A stretch of 64,000 nucleotides of DNA. Origin: Chiloscyllium plagiosum. Taxonomy: Eukaryota. This document shows, piece by piece, positions 39,945 through 52,350 of this stretch (position 1 is its first letter; each line of letters opens with the position of its first letter). Where the stretch lies: positions 6,245,474 to 6,309,473 of the forward strand of contig NC_057755.1 in NCBI RefSeq assembly GCF_004010195.1, read 5' to 3'. The notes beneath the pieces are model-generated. The model worked only from the letters and a program-made list of their open reading frames with translations. It was not told the origin of the DNA and ran no database searches. The position numbers and the translations under genes are program-made.

Positions 39945-40335
39945 TTGGCTGGCCGAAAGACGACAGTGAGTGGAATTGGATGCTGACCTGTGGTGTACCA
40001 TGGGAATCTATTCCTGTACCTCTGCTCTCTGTAACTTTTTATTAATGACTTGAATGAAGAAGTGGAAGGGTTGCTTCGTAAGTTTGGGATGACACAAAGG
40101 TCCGTGGTACTATAGATATTGCTGAGGACTGTTGCAGACTGCAACAAAACACTTAAAGAATGCAGAAATAGGTTAAGAAGTGGCAGATGGAGTTCAACCT
40201 GCATAAATGTGAAGTGATTCATTTTGGAAGGTCGAATTTGAATGCTGAATGCAGGGTGAAAGACAGGATTCTTGGCAGTATGGAGGTACAACGGGAAGTT
40301 GGTGTCTATGTACATGGATCCCTCGAAGTTGCCTC
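39945..40335 (+). mobile_element. CR1 RT internal fragment
   Basis: INDL..KFGMT and WQMEFNLHKCEVIHFG..VYVHGSLEVA motifs. Confidence 0.8.
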
Positions 40336-40339
40336 CAAT

Positions 40340-41220
40340 ACACCCTATCCATGCTGGTTTGTTACCCACACCCAAACACTTCATCTCCAAACTCCACTGT
40401 GACATAGACCACCTCAACCTCTCCATCCCTCTCACCCACTCCAACCTCTCACACTCACAATGTGCAGCCCTCCGTTCCCTCCACTCCAACTGTAACGTCA
40501 CCATCAACTCAGCGGAAAAGGCTGGGGGCACAGTGGTAGTTTGACGCCCCAGGCCCTACATTACTAAAACCAGGCGCGAACGCAGACGTCTTCTCCTTCT
40601 GCCCCCTCGACCACACTTCACCTCCATCACCAAACCAACATCTCCCAGACTATCCACAACATCAACACTTCAGGGGATCTCCCACCGACAGATTCAAAAC
40701 TCATCTCGCGTGAATCCACACTGCCCGGTTTTACTTCCTAAATATAGTCACATCCCTGACTGCCCTGGTCAACCCATCTTGTCAGCCTGCTCCTGCTCTG
40801 CTGAACTTATATCTGCATACCTTGACACCACCCTGTCCGCCTTTGTCCAGTATATCCCCACATACATTCAGGATACTGCTGGAAACCTCCACCTCCTCCG
40901 TGACTTCCGTTTCCCCACATCATCTTCTCCATGGGCATCCTGCCTCGTACACACCCATCGACCAAGACAAAGGCCTCTATGCCCTTCATTTCTTCCTCTC
41001 CAGACGACCCAACCAGAACCCTTCTAGTGACACATACATTCGATTGGCTGAACTGACTCAACAATTTCTCCTTCGAATCCTCCCACCAAAAGTGGGTGAA
41101 AAGCACATGCTAAAAAAGTCGCTTCTCCTGCTCCTTGGATGCTGCCTAAGCAGCTGTACTTTTCAAACACCACACATTTCGACTCTGACGTCCAGCACCT
41201 GCAGTCCCCACATTCTCCTA
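40340..41220 (+). mobile_element. Internally deleted Penelope-like element (N-terminal ORF/RT start joined to pLTR tail)
   Basis: SNLSHSQCAALRSL..TINSAEKAGGTVVV, HIPDCPGQPILSAC..YLD..IPTYIQDT and YTPIDQDKGLYAL peptides; tail ctccttggatgctgcc..ccagcacctgcagtc. Confidence 0.82.
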
Positions 41221-41514
41221 TGGCTTTATTCTGACAGAAACATTCTTCTCAACATTTAATGTCAATCCCCGTAAGAATCCTTTGTGCTTCAACAAGGTCA
41301 CTTCCCATTCTTCTAAACTGAGGTGAGGCATTTCCCAACTCTGTCCATAAGTCAATTCCCCCACTTCAAGCACAGTTTTCTTGGTCCTTGCCTGAACTGC
41401 ACCCAATGAAGTGAATCATTTTTCAAATAATTTAACCAAAACTATTCACAACACTCTAGATGTGGCCTCACCCCAAAGAACAATTAATTTTCTCTGACGT
41501 GGCAGGGGTGGTGG

Positions 41515-42470
41515 TGGTTGGGTGTGGGGAGCGTCAGAATCAGAAGGCACAGTTTCAAGGTGAGAGGAGAAAGAATTAAAAGAGACCAAACGGGGATATC
41601 TTCATGCACAGGGTAGTGTTATTTGAATTGACACACCTACAGTGACAACACCTGAAAGACATCTAGATGCGTTCTATAAGCAGAGGTGTTTGGAGGGATA
41701 TGGTCCAAGTGCTAGCAAATTGGACTAGTTTAATCTGGGATGTGTGATTGGTACGGACGAGTTGGACTGAAGGCTCTGTTTCCGTGTTGTACATCTCTAT
41801 GTCTCTATATGAAAATTATGACGTTTACACGGAGGGTTGACTGTAAATGGAAGGAATTTTCTTCTTGTAGAATGTTCAAGGATTATGTGCGTGTGTTTTG
41901 TGCGGATATAAAACGCAGCATATGTGAAACACAGTTGATATGGAAACGGCATCGGCAGTTCATCATATTTGCTGCCCTCATGAATTTCTAAAATCAGGCA
42001 ATGCCATCCCGTGAGCTTCTATGTTCCAGTGTGACAAGTCCCAGTCTGTCCAGCATTTTCTCATAAATCAGAGCCACTATTCCTGGCAGCATCTTGTTAA
42101 ACGTTTTCTGAACCCTCTCTTGCCAAATAATATACTTTTTGCAGCATGGCGAGCAATATTAGACATGGCTGGACAGAAGAGTCTCACCAACACTCTGGGG
42201 AAACACAACATGTGGTCTCAAGTCCTCTACTCAAAGATCTGTGCAATGAAGGGAAGTGTACTAAGGGTCCACTTCACCATCTTATCTGAATGAGACACAG
42301 AATTATGAACTTCCAACGCTAGGTTTTCTGTCTCTCCACACTACTGAAGGCCCTACCTTTAATTGCATAATTCACGTCCCTGTTTGCTTGACCAAAATGC
42401 AACATCTCACATTTATTCAAAATAAACTCCATCTGCAACTGCTCAAGACATTGAAACAATTGATCAAGGT
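41515..42470. mobile_element. Degraded CR1 fragments (+ 41515-41810; - 42040-42470)
   Basis: CR1 3' UTR with ctctatgtctctat tail; minus-strand QMEFILNKCEMLHFG. Confidence 0.7.
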
Positions 42471-42762
42471 TAAATCTTTTCATTGGAAAATCCAATGCGT
42501 GACTAAACAATGAGCCTATACATTTCCCAATCTCAGTCAGGTACCGGTCCAGGGAACAATCATGCATACTCTCCACTAAAAACCTGGTAAGCCTGAATTT
42601 ATTTTAAATGCAATGTTAGAATTTTCAAATTCTACTGGACATAAACCCTCTAATTGCCTCCAGCTTCTCATATCGGTGCTCCACTCCGCTACCCTGATTC
42701 CATCAGGTGCACAGCATGTTTTTCAGTAAATTTCAGCGTCTTCTGCTTTCTTTTTCACGCAG

Positions 42763-43874
42763 TTAATTTGCTGGAAATTATAATTATCTCTTGTGGACAT
42801 TGTGGTATTTCAAAGTGCACGACGCTTTACCTGCTGGCTATGACAATGGTAGATCTTCTCGTCATAATTCTGAAGGTAATATTAAGAATGGTTGTTTATT
42901 ATTATCAATCCCCACCGTTCTTCCTGAACATCACTCCAGTGTGTAGTGTTCATTATGCCATGTGTTATTGCAGCTATAGACAGCACTGTCTGGTTCACAA
43001 TCGCATTCTCTTTTGACCGATTTGTAGCTGTTTGTTGCCATAAACTGAGAGCACGATTTTGCACAGTGAAAATAGCAGTTTTCGTGCTTTCAACAGCCTG
43101 CATTCTGCTTTGCTTGAAAAACGTTCCCACCTACTTTACTTACGAACGTCGGATGATAATTGAAAATATACCATGGTTTTGCAACGTAAAACCGAACTTT
43201 TATACTGATCCTGGATGAGTGGGTTATAATAGCTTTCGTCAGGCTTTAATCCCACTGCTGCCATTCTCTCTAATTTTGCTGATCAACGCTTCGACTGTAA
43301 GACAAATTTTAACATCCAACCGAATATGTAGGGAACTGAAAACCCGCAGCAATGGAGAGAAGCAGAGCGATCCAGAGATGGAGAGCAGGAGGAAGTCTGT
43401 CATTTTACTTTTCGCCATATCTGGTAGTTTTAAGACCATAAGATATAGGAGTTGAAGTAAGGCCATTCGGCCCATCGAGTCCACTCCGCCATTCAATCAT
43501 GGATGATGGGCATTTCAACTCCACTTACCCGCATTCTCCACGTAGCCCTTAATTCCTTGTGACATCAAGAATTTATCAATCTCTGCCTTGAAGATATTTA
43601 GCGTCCCGACCTCCACTGCACTCTGTGGTGATGAATTCCACAGGCCCACCACCCTCTGGATGAAGTTTCTATACTTCACTGGCTGATGTTTGTCATAAAT
43701 TTCTTTCGTTATACCATTGGAGGAAGAGATTGCAACCAGTCTGAAGTGATATTTCAAGATTTTGGTTCCATGTTGCAGCATTTAAATTGTTGCACAAACA
43801 GATTTATTATTGCAGCGACTCAGTCCAAGTTCAGACAGAAAATCAAGAACTCTTTTCAAGCTTTGGTCACTTAA
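42763..43874 (+). pseudogene. GPCR unit C, main exon, disrupted by a frameshift, a stop and a CR1 insertion
   Basis: Acceptor tttttcacgcag|TTAAT. VNLLEIIIISCGHCGISKCTTLYLLAMTMVDLLVII..DSTVWFTIAFSFDRFVAVCCHKLRARFCT..IPWFC..DPG*..PLLPFSLILLINA..EMESRRKSVILLFAISGSF[CR1]..NCCTNRFIIAATQSKFRQK. Confidence 0.93.
43431..43663 (-). mobile_element. Short CR1 3' fragment inserted into TM6 of the unit C GPCR
   Basis: FIQRVVGLWNSSPQSAVEVG peptide and a CR1 tail. Possible AGTTT target duplication at 43426-43430 and 43664-43668. Confidence 0.9.
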
Positions 43875-45019
43875 GTTATGTAGTAAATCAATAACCTATA
43901 GACCTGAGAGTGCAGCTGACTGAGTTGTAGTGTTTTCAGGCCATGAATTCCGGATTTGCCCTTGACCAACTTATGAGGTGCACTGAACTGTGTTGAAAAT
44001 TGCGATGGCATTGCCAATAAATATTGCCGAGGTGATCATCTCGGGATTTCATTTGTTTCTACTGATGCCTTGTTTTGTCACTAAAATATTGTTCCACCTC
44101 TTAGTTAACAATAAATTTATGTTTATCAAAATTCTGACTAAAGCTGCCAACCTTTATATTCCCAAGTATATATCATAAGCTTTTAATCGGTCATCACGAA
44201 ATTCATCGGATTTTATCATCACGAAACTCAAATATGATGAATTCATTGTACAACGATGAGACATGGTATTAACACAGTAATGACGCTTTATATCGAGGAA
44301 CTCCACAAACTGCATTTTTTTTTTAGATATTACTTTTGGCAAGAGAGAAATGTTTTCAGAAGAGGTATGCTTCACTGGAGCCCTGACTCATGAAATAGTA
44401 TCGTGGGGTTGCATTTCAACTTGTAAAGCAAGAGTCTGAGTTGTCTAATTGGCCACAAAATAGTGAGGGCAAATGAGCGGAGTTGGGAAGAGGAATAAGA
44501 TATAAAGCATGGTTTAATTGTTGGCTGTGACCAAATGAATGGTTCCCTTCCAATTGGCAAGGAAGGGATGAGAGCAGGGTTAAATAGTATAGATGCAGAT
44601 GCACAGCATATAGCGAATGAAACTTGATTTATGGAAACAGAAATTGCTCCAGGAGGATATATTGAAGCATTGACATAAATATGTTCTTGTCTTTGGGAAT
44701 CCTCTTTATAATAACCACCAATAGTTTAGTATTGGTGTGAACAAAAATCTCATCGAAAAGGCAAAACATGAGCTACAGCAGATGGATGGAATCATTCATA
44801 TGCTAATAAATCTCTAGCATTGCCTCTTGCTTTGCATTCTCACGTAGCTATGGATGAGTTCCTTGCTTGAAAAATGTTCCCAGGAATCAGTTGACATTGC
44901 AGACTGACATGCCCAATAAGTTGAATTCATTCTTTCTCAAGTAAAATTCTTATCATCACCGCAAAAAAATTTAACAGAAGTATGAACTTGTACAAATGTT
45001 ATACAGAGATAATGGTTAA

Positions 45020-45280
45020 GTGTTAGTGGTAAACATATTGTTCTGTGATCTATTCAGGCAAATAATACCATACATAAATACATTCGAGCAATAAAGCAAA
45101 ATGCAGAATATAGTGTTGCAGCTACACACACGTTGGAGAGAGAAGTAAACTCGAAAATATGAAAAGACAATTCAAATGCCCATCCATAGTTTGGGAGAAG
45201 ATACTCCTGTATCTGTTGGTATGTGTTACACCCCTTTGTATCTTCTGCCCGACAGAAAGGGCGGGAAGTAGAGTGGAAGT
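45020..45280 (-). mobile_element. Rex1/Babar-type LINE 3' remnant
   Basis: LYFPPFLSGRRYKG followed by TNRYRSIFS resembles the LPSGRRYR..RF.NSF C-terminal motif of this clade. Confidence 0.6.
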
Positions 45281-45369
45281 GGTCTTTGGTTAGTTTGGTT
45301 GTTTTTCCAAGGCACTGTGAGAACCCAATGCTCTACTAAACTGGGGAATTTTATTGTTGCTGCATAAGG

Positions 45370-45950
45370 CCATGTTACAGCACAGAAAGAGGCCATTCCA
45401 CCCATTATGTCCGCAATCGCTAACAAAACAGCTCCCCAACGAGTCCGACTCTCGGATCCTATCTCAAACTTCAGTGCTGTCTAATATATATCCAGCTCTC
45501 TTGCGAAACTTCGAACAGATTCCGCCTCCACCAGTCTCTCAGATAGCACTTTCCAAATTCAATTAACTTACTGATTAAAGAAGTGGCTCTTCATCTCACT
45601 CTCAGCTTTCTTTCTGACAGTCTTGAAGTTGTGATCCCTCTACCAGCTAGTGGAACCAGAATATTCTTCTTTATCCATTCAAAATTACTCGCAATTTTGA
45701 ATGCCTCAGTAAGATTATCTTTTAAACCTCTCTGCTCCAAGGATAATAAGCCCAATTTACCTCATATTTCCTTATGTCTAAAATCCCTCATCCCTGGCAT
45801 TTTTCTGGTAAATTTCCTTAGAACTCTCTCCAGGATTAACATTCTACCTTAAATAAGATAAACATAATTGCAAAAAATACTCCGCATGTGATCTGAGCAA
45901 TCGTTTTTGAAAGTGTAGCATCACCTCCTTGCTTTTACAATTTATTTTAA
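45370..45950 (-). mobile_element. Degraded CR1 3' fragment
   Basis: KEVMLHFQKRLLRSHAEYFLQL peptide and a reverse-complement CR1 tail. Confidence 0.7.
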
Positions 45951-47084
45951 AAAGAAGGAGCATCAAGTGAGCACAATCAACCCGTGAGGAAGTCATCTCA
46001 GAATCTACAGGGTAATTATAATTTTTTACCAAGGAGTACAGTCAGTAAGAGTGTCAGATTCCTACAGGCAGTCATTCCTAGAAACTTTGTTCATTTACAC
46101 TGGAGGCAGAAGAAAAATAGTCACTAGCAAAGGTTGGTTAACACTAACAAGGTATGATAGATCTGCTTCGAGAAGGACATAACTCCAGTGCAAGGAATCA
46201 TTCAGTTAATGGCAAAGACAATAATAGAATTTAGTGTAAAGTCATTTCAGTGGACAATAGGACAGACTTTGTCAGATTCTCGTTGAGCACTTTCGAGGAA
46301 GGTCAATAGGTTTTGCAGTGCAAGGTAATGAACAATGCTTTAAAGGTCCTGAAGGACTTTGTCACGGTTTCTGCTGGCCGTCAGCTTCGTAACAGAGACA
46401 CTTCAGACATGGCGATAGCACATGATATACCCAACATAGGGCAATCTTTGCACCCTACATTGGGAAAGATAAGTGTATCACGTTGTGTGAGTGTGTGTAC
46501 GCGCGCTTGTCAGCGTGGAAGTGAAATCATTTCAATCAAACTTGGTTTCGCATCAAGCTGCAGCCAGATGTGGTGAAACATTCCTGATTGCTATTGACTG
46601 ATCCCTGCTAGCAAAACAATTCACTCCCGATTTACAAGATGGTAGAGAAGTGCGAAACAGTCAAACTCCCTTCGACAGAACCTTCCAAATTTCCACCAGC
46701 TCAAGGGACAAAGATAGCAAATACATTCAAACATCATCAAATTTCCCCTGCAAGCCACTCATCAGCCTGGCTTTTGTTTTCATTCATGGAATAAGTAATA
46801 ACTCTTAATCAATTAATCATGGGTCAATAATTATTTCCCGTCAGTAGTCCCCCCCATAAAGTTGGTGGTGAGCTGATTCTTATTCCACTGCAGTCCATGT
46901 AATGTAGGTGGACTCCCATTGTTCTTAGGGAGGGAATTGCAGGAGTTTGATCAAGCGACACTGAAGGAACAATGATATATTTCCAAGTCAGGTTGGTGAG
47001 CGGTTGACCTGGGAACATGAAAGCGACACGTTCCCATGTACTTGGAGTTCCTGCCCTTCCAGAAGGAGGTGAATCTTGGTTTGG

Positions 47085-47995
47085 AAGGCTGTACATTCCA
47101 AATCCTAACAACTCTCTGAGTGAAGAAGATTCTTCTCATCTCAACACCAGCTCTCTTGCTGACATTCTTGAAATTGTGTTCCCTACTAACTAACATGCCA
47201 ACTGTTGGAAACAGATTATACTTCTTTACTTTGTCAAAATTGCTCGTAATTTTGAACAACTCAGGAAGGTCTCTTCGTAACCTTCTCTGCTCCAAGGAGA
47301 ATACGTCCAATCTCAGTAATCACTCCACGTATCTGAAATCTCTCATTCCTGACTTAAATCTATTGGATTTCATTTGAATTATCTTCAGTGCTTTAACGTG
47401 CGTCCTTAAATAAGCCTCCCAGAACTGAACACAACACTCTAAACGTGGTGTGGCCAATTATTTGTCGAAGTGTAGCATCACTTCCTTGCTTTTTAATCGC
47501 TATGCCTTTATTTATAAATTCAGCGAACGTAGAAGCAATTTTAATATTTTTTTTTCCCTTTGTGAAATTGACCGAGCTTGGTCAGTGTCGCAGAATCATA
47601 TATGTGAGGCGAATTTCACTCTGCTCCTCAACTTTTTGCCATTCAATCTGCATTGTCTCTTCGAGTTACTTTTTCTAAGTATAATTCCTCCCATTTCTCT
47701 GCACTGAAATTCAAGTGTTAAGTTTTTGCCCATTTGACTAAATTGTTAGTGTCCCTCTGAAGTCGATCAGCATCATCCTCACAAATTACCATTTTCCCCA
47801 GCTTAGTGTTATATGCAAATTTCGAGATTTTACCCTCAATACTCATTTCCAAATAATTTACCAAAATCAGATTAAAATGTCACAACACGGATTACTGGGG
47901 AACACCGCTTTTAACTCGTCTCCAGTCTGAGAAATCCCCATGTATATCAACGCTCTGTTGCCTATCCCCAGCCAACTTTTAATCCATGTGGGCTA
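47085..47995 (-). mobile_element. Degraded CR1 RT fragment
   Basis: FSLEQRRLRRDLPELFKI..FFTQRVVRIWN peptide. Confidence 0.75.
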
Positions 47996-48425
47996 AAAAT
48001 CAAGAAGGATTTTTGTTTCACTTCATGTCTCTGCCATATTCTTCGCTGAATTGAGTACCTTATTATGCATGTTCATTATGTACTTCTCGCTCCCCTCATT
48101 AATATTTTGCTTTAAATTGTAAATATATTGTCATAATTGAACGCGGAGAAGTCATCGTTTCCTGATGGATTTTACCCTCATGTTCAGTGATGTATTTGGG
48201 AGGACAGTGACAATGAGTATAAGGTCAGTGCGGTATCTGAATGAACAGTGACCATATGATGGAGGTCAGCGATGTGTCACAAAGGAGAATGACAAAAGGA
48301 GTGAGTTCATTGTTTTTCCCAATGATGGATAACAGTAAGAGTGATATCAGGGATGTATGTGGATGGAAAATGGCAATAAGAGTGAGATCAGTGACGTCTC
48401 TGAATGAGGAGTGACAAGATGAGTG

Positions 48426-48569
48426 TGATTTGGAGATGCCGGTGTTGACTGGGTTGTACAAAGTTAAAAATCGCACAACACCAGGTTATAGTCCAACAGG
48501 TTTTATTAGAAGCCGGTGTGCTTTCAATTAAACCTGTTGGACTATAACCTGGTGTTGTGTGATTTTTAA
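48426..48569. mobile_element. Penelope pLTR-derived inverted-repeat mini-element
   Basis: 40-bp arms at 48464-48503 and 48530-48569 with one mismatch. An unpaired related copy lies at about 12030-12080. The Penelope assignment is from recall. Confidence 0.75.
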
Positions 48570-48685
48570 AGATGAGTGTGCTCAGTGATTTTTCAGTTGC
48601 AATCATTTGCGATTTTGGCTTGTGGTCCTGGTGTGAGTTGACAGCGTTATTGCTAGCAGTTTACCGATTTTGTTTCTATGATGTC

Positions 48686-48705
48686 CACCCCCCCCCCCCC
48701 CCCAC

Positions 48706-48740
<35 letters not shown>
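48686..48740. repeat. Poly-C plus (CT)n simple repeat
   Basis: Direct inspection. Confidence 0.9.
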
Positions 48741-48741
<1 letters not shown>

Positions 48742-50747
48742 ACTTTTCGCACTTGCACTCACCCTGTCTCCTTTGAACCTTCATTCTCTCGCCCTTTTAC
48801 TCTGTTCCGTGTGCTGAATTTTGTATGCAATGGTGACATAGGCAATGTTTCCACCGGGGTTTTGCCTGAATAGCACTACTTGTTAATTGAGTAATTAAGG
48901 ACTAAATAATGCAAACTCGATTCCCGTTCCTCGTCCACTGAGCTACAAAAGAGAAGCCCTTGTGCATTTCCAATCCACTCACATTGAATAGACACAACGA
49001 GGGATAACGTGATCATTCTTCTAAAGAATTATGCAGTTGATAATTTTACAGGGAAGTTATATCTTCTACCCAATGCTCACACTCTTTGGTGTGCCAGGTA
49101 TGCTTTGAAGAAAGATCACTGGAATAGAAACTTTAATTGTGTTTCTCCATTTCCTCACAGATATGGTCAGACCTACCGAGTTTCTCCAGCTATTTGTGTT
49201 TCCGTTTGTTTCATATCTTCAGCCTCCACAAACCTTCATTTTCTTTGATTAGTATATTCATTTGTCTAATGGTTGCAGTAGAACGCACTGTTAAATATTG
49301 CATAACAGCAAGCATAGGAACCCCCAACAAGAGGTTATTCAGGCCGCGAGCCTGTTCAACCGTTCAGTGACATCATGGCTGATCTGTGAATTAAGTCTAT
49401 CTAATTGCCTCCGGCATATATCTCTGCATGCCCTTGTTTCATAAAATTTTGTATTTCTGATTTAAACCTACACTTTGGGATGAGCAAATCAAATGTATCC
49501 CACACGTTGTGTGGCTACGTGCTTCCGAATGCCTGTTTGTCCTTTTTTAAAATATTGGATCTCCCTCTTTGAGATAGAGATTAGTGCTTTCTTTTCGGTC
49601 TCTCTCTGAGGGTAATATCCATTTGGTTTTCACTTCCTCAGAAGGTGGTGGAAGCAGAATCCTTAGACATTTTCCAGAACAATGTTGAAAGTTTTTTGTT
49701 CAACCAGGGAATCGTGGGTTATTTGGAGTCGATAGGAATTTGCAATTCAAAATGCAAACAAAAGATGATGTTCTTATTGAATGGCACAACAAGCTCAAGG
49801 GGCGAACGCACTGTTTGTGTTTCTCTTCTGTGAGATCATGCACATCAGCAAGATGTGTATTCGGCTGTGGAGCCTGTTTATTGATTCAGTGCGGGAAAAT
49901 GATTGCCCAAGACAAGACTAGCTTTTCAGATAATATTTATCATTTCAATTTTTTTCCTTCTGGCTTCATGGGACGCGAGTCTTACTCTGGTGTTGAGAAG
50001 GTGGTGGTGAGTCAGTTTCTTGAACCATTGTCGTCATTCAAAGTAAGAGCACAAAAAATGAGTACCTTCTTAAGAATTACATTTGTTTTTGTATATAGAA
50101 ATAGATAGCCCCATGTTTGGTACACGTGACAATACATACATCAAATCAAACAAGCTACAACAATTTTCAATGCACGCAGGGCAGCATGTATATGTTGGCA
50201 TGCAATAAATCAGATAAAATATTTATTTCTACGTTGAATGTCGGTATCGCTGGATGCAAATTGCACTCAGGACACAAACAGCGAATGTATGTTTTATAAG
50301 TTGGAGTTGATCATGATCAAGTGGATGTCAGTGCCTTTTCCTTTGGTCGTCAGTAACTGGACGACTGCAGACTGATCAAAATCATCTGGTGTGTGCGTCT
50401 TTCCCAAAAGACAGGCAGGGATGAAATGGTAAATCTGAAAGAGTGCAAATGCTGTAAATCAGAAAGAAAACCAGAAATTGATGGAAAATCTCAGCATGAC
50501 AATGAAGAGAAATTCGAGTTAACGTTTCGGGTCCCATGATGTTTCCTCAGAACTGATCTTGGGACGGATTTCAGGAAGTGGTCAGTTAGTTTCAGTATGA
50601 GTTGGAATAAGTATGATCACAAGGAAATGATCTTAGATCGGAATCTACAGAATCATCGGGGTGGAAATAAGCGATTGCATGGGGACTGGGATACTGATGC
50701 AAGTGGCACAAAATAAGTCAGTAGAGAACTAGAGTGAGTGCAAAAAG

Positions 50748-51080
50748 CATGGTAGCTCAGTGGTTAGTCCTGCTGCCTCAGAATGCAAGGGATTTGCGTT
50801 CGATTGCAGCCTCAGGGGACTGTCTGTGTGAAGTACACACTTTCTCCCCATGTCTGCGTGGGTTTCATCAGGTTTTGTCTGTTTCCTCCAACACTCCAAA
50901 GATGCGCAGGTAATGTCATGTTAAATCAGTGCGCAGCAATGTGCAGGTAGGTGGATGGTCCAAGATGAGTGTGGGTTCCTGGGAACAGATTAGAGGGGAT
51001 GGTTCCGATCAGAAGGCTCTGCCAAGGGTTTGTGCTGACTTGATTGGCCACATAGCCTCTTTCAGCAATGTAGTGTTTCT
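50748..51080 (+). mobile_element. Old HE1-like V-SINE
   Basis: ggtagctcagtggttag..gctgcctca..gttcgatt and ttctccccatgtctgcgtgggtttc motifs. Confidence 0.8.
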
Positions 51081-51894
51081 GTGAATGATTGTTGGATAGA
51101 TTCGTCAGTATAATACCTCCAAGATATTTACAGGAAAAATGATAGGGTGCATAAAGATAAACTATGTCCACTGTTTGGCTATTCTACAATTAAGGGAGAT
51201 ATAGCCTGAGAATTCGTGCCAGTCTATTCAGGAGAGATATTGGGAAGCACTTCTGCACTCAAATGGTGCTGGAGATTACAAGCTATCTTCCTCAAATGGT
51301 AGTGGATGTCGCATCAGTTGCTAGTTTGAAAGCTAATAAAGATATATTTCTGCAAAACAAATATATTTGGGATGTGAGATAAAAGCAACTGTTTGTCTCT
51401 ATAGGCTGAATGGCTTCCCTGTCTCCCTATCTTGGAAGCAATCTCTTGATATGTATATTTAATTCGATAGCAAACCTGGTTCGAATATTACGCTTCCATT
51501 TTTCCACTTTAGAGCAGTCACTGTTTATGCCTTGGTACAAACCAGACGAGGTGCTGTCTAAGGCTCTGTATGTCATAACAGAGACAAAATTAACAAGAGT
51601 CCCCAATGTGACATGAGAAATTTTGTTTTGGAAGTCAATATAAACTCTCGACAAGTTATGCATTTTTTCTTATGTTTATAGTGTTCTGACATGTAGGTGA
51701 AACCCACTGTTACTTTAAACTGAACATCCAGAAAAAGTAGTCTTGCCACGTAATGTGTTAAAATATGTCTGACAGAGAACACACAAATCCCTTTATTTAA
51801 ACGAAAAAAGCTCAATTTAAATTTAACTCTCAAAGTGAACACGAAACAACAAGTATTCACAACTCACAGCACCCCCTTTCTCTTAAGTGCTTAC

Positions 51895-52201
51895 CGTCTG
51901 CATCTATCTCCATGGCAATATTTCAATATTCTGTTCCATTAAGACACTTATTAAAATGTCATCAACTTAATTTCAAAACTACAGAGCGGATATTTTCTTC
52001 TGTCTACCCACTTCCGGCTGAGGATCTCCCTGTGTTTCTTTTTGCTATGAATATGCTTCATATGAAAAGGTAACTTTGGTGGAGACTGCTTCCTAATTTT
52101 ATTTGGAGAGCAAGATGCCAGCACTCCATGCGTTTCTGTTTTCAATGGTAGTGGCTCTCTTACAGGTACAATACATGCCTTCAACTGCACAACATCGTCC
52201 C
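51895..52201 (-). other. Candidate orphan exon (non-coding or decayed), 307 nt
   Basis: Strong acceptor attccttttcttcag| and donor ACG|GTAAGC bound non-repetitive-looking sequence. An 82-codon open frame stops before the donor. No product recognised. Confidence 0.35.
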
Positions 52202-52350
52202 CTGAAGAAAAGGAATATGAATAACGCAAAGCTGGCTTTTGTTGTTAATTCTTAATCCTATTACGATTAAATACATTGATCATTAATCTAATTATACTTC
52301 CCAGGTTAATTTCTGCACACATAAATGTCATTGGAATCTGTCCAATCTTA

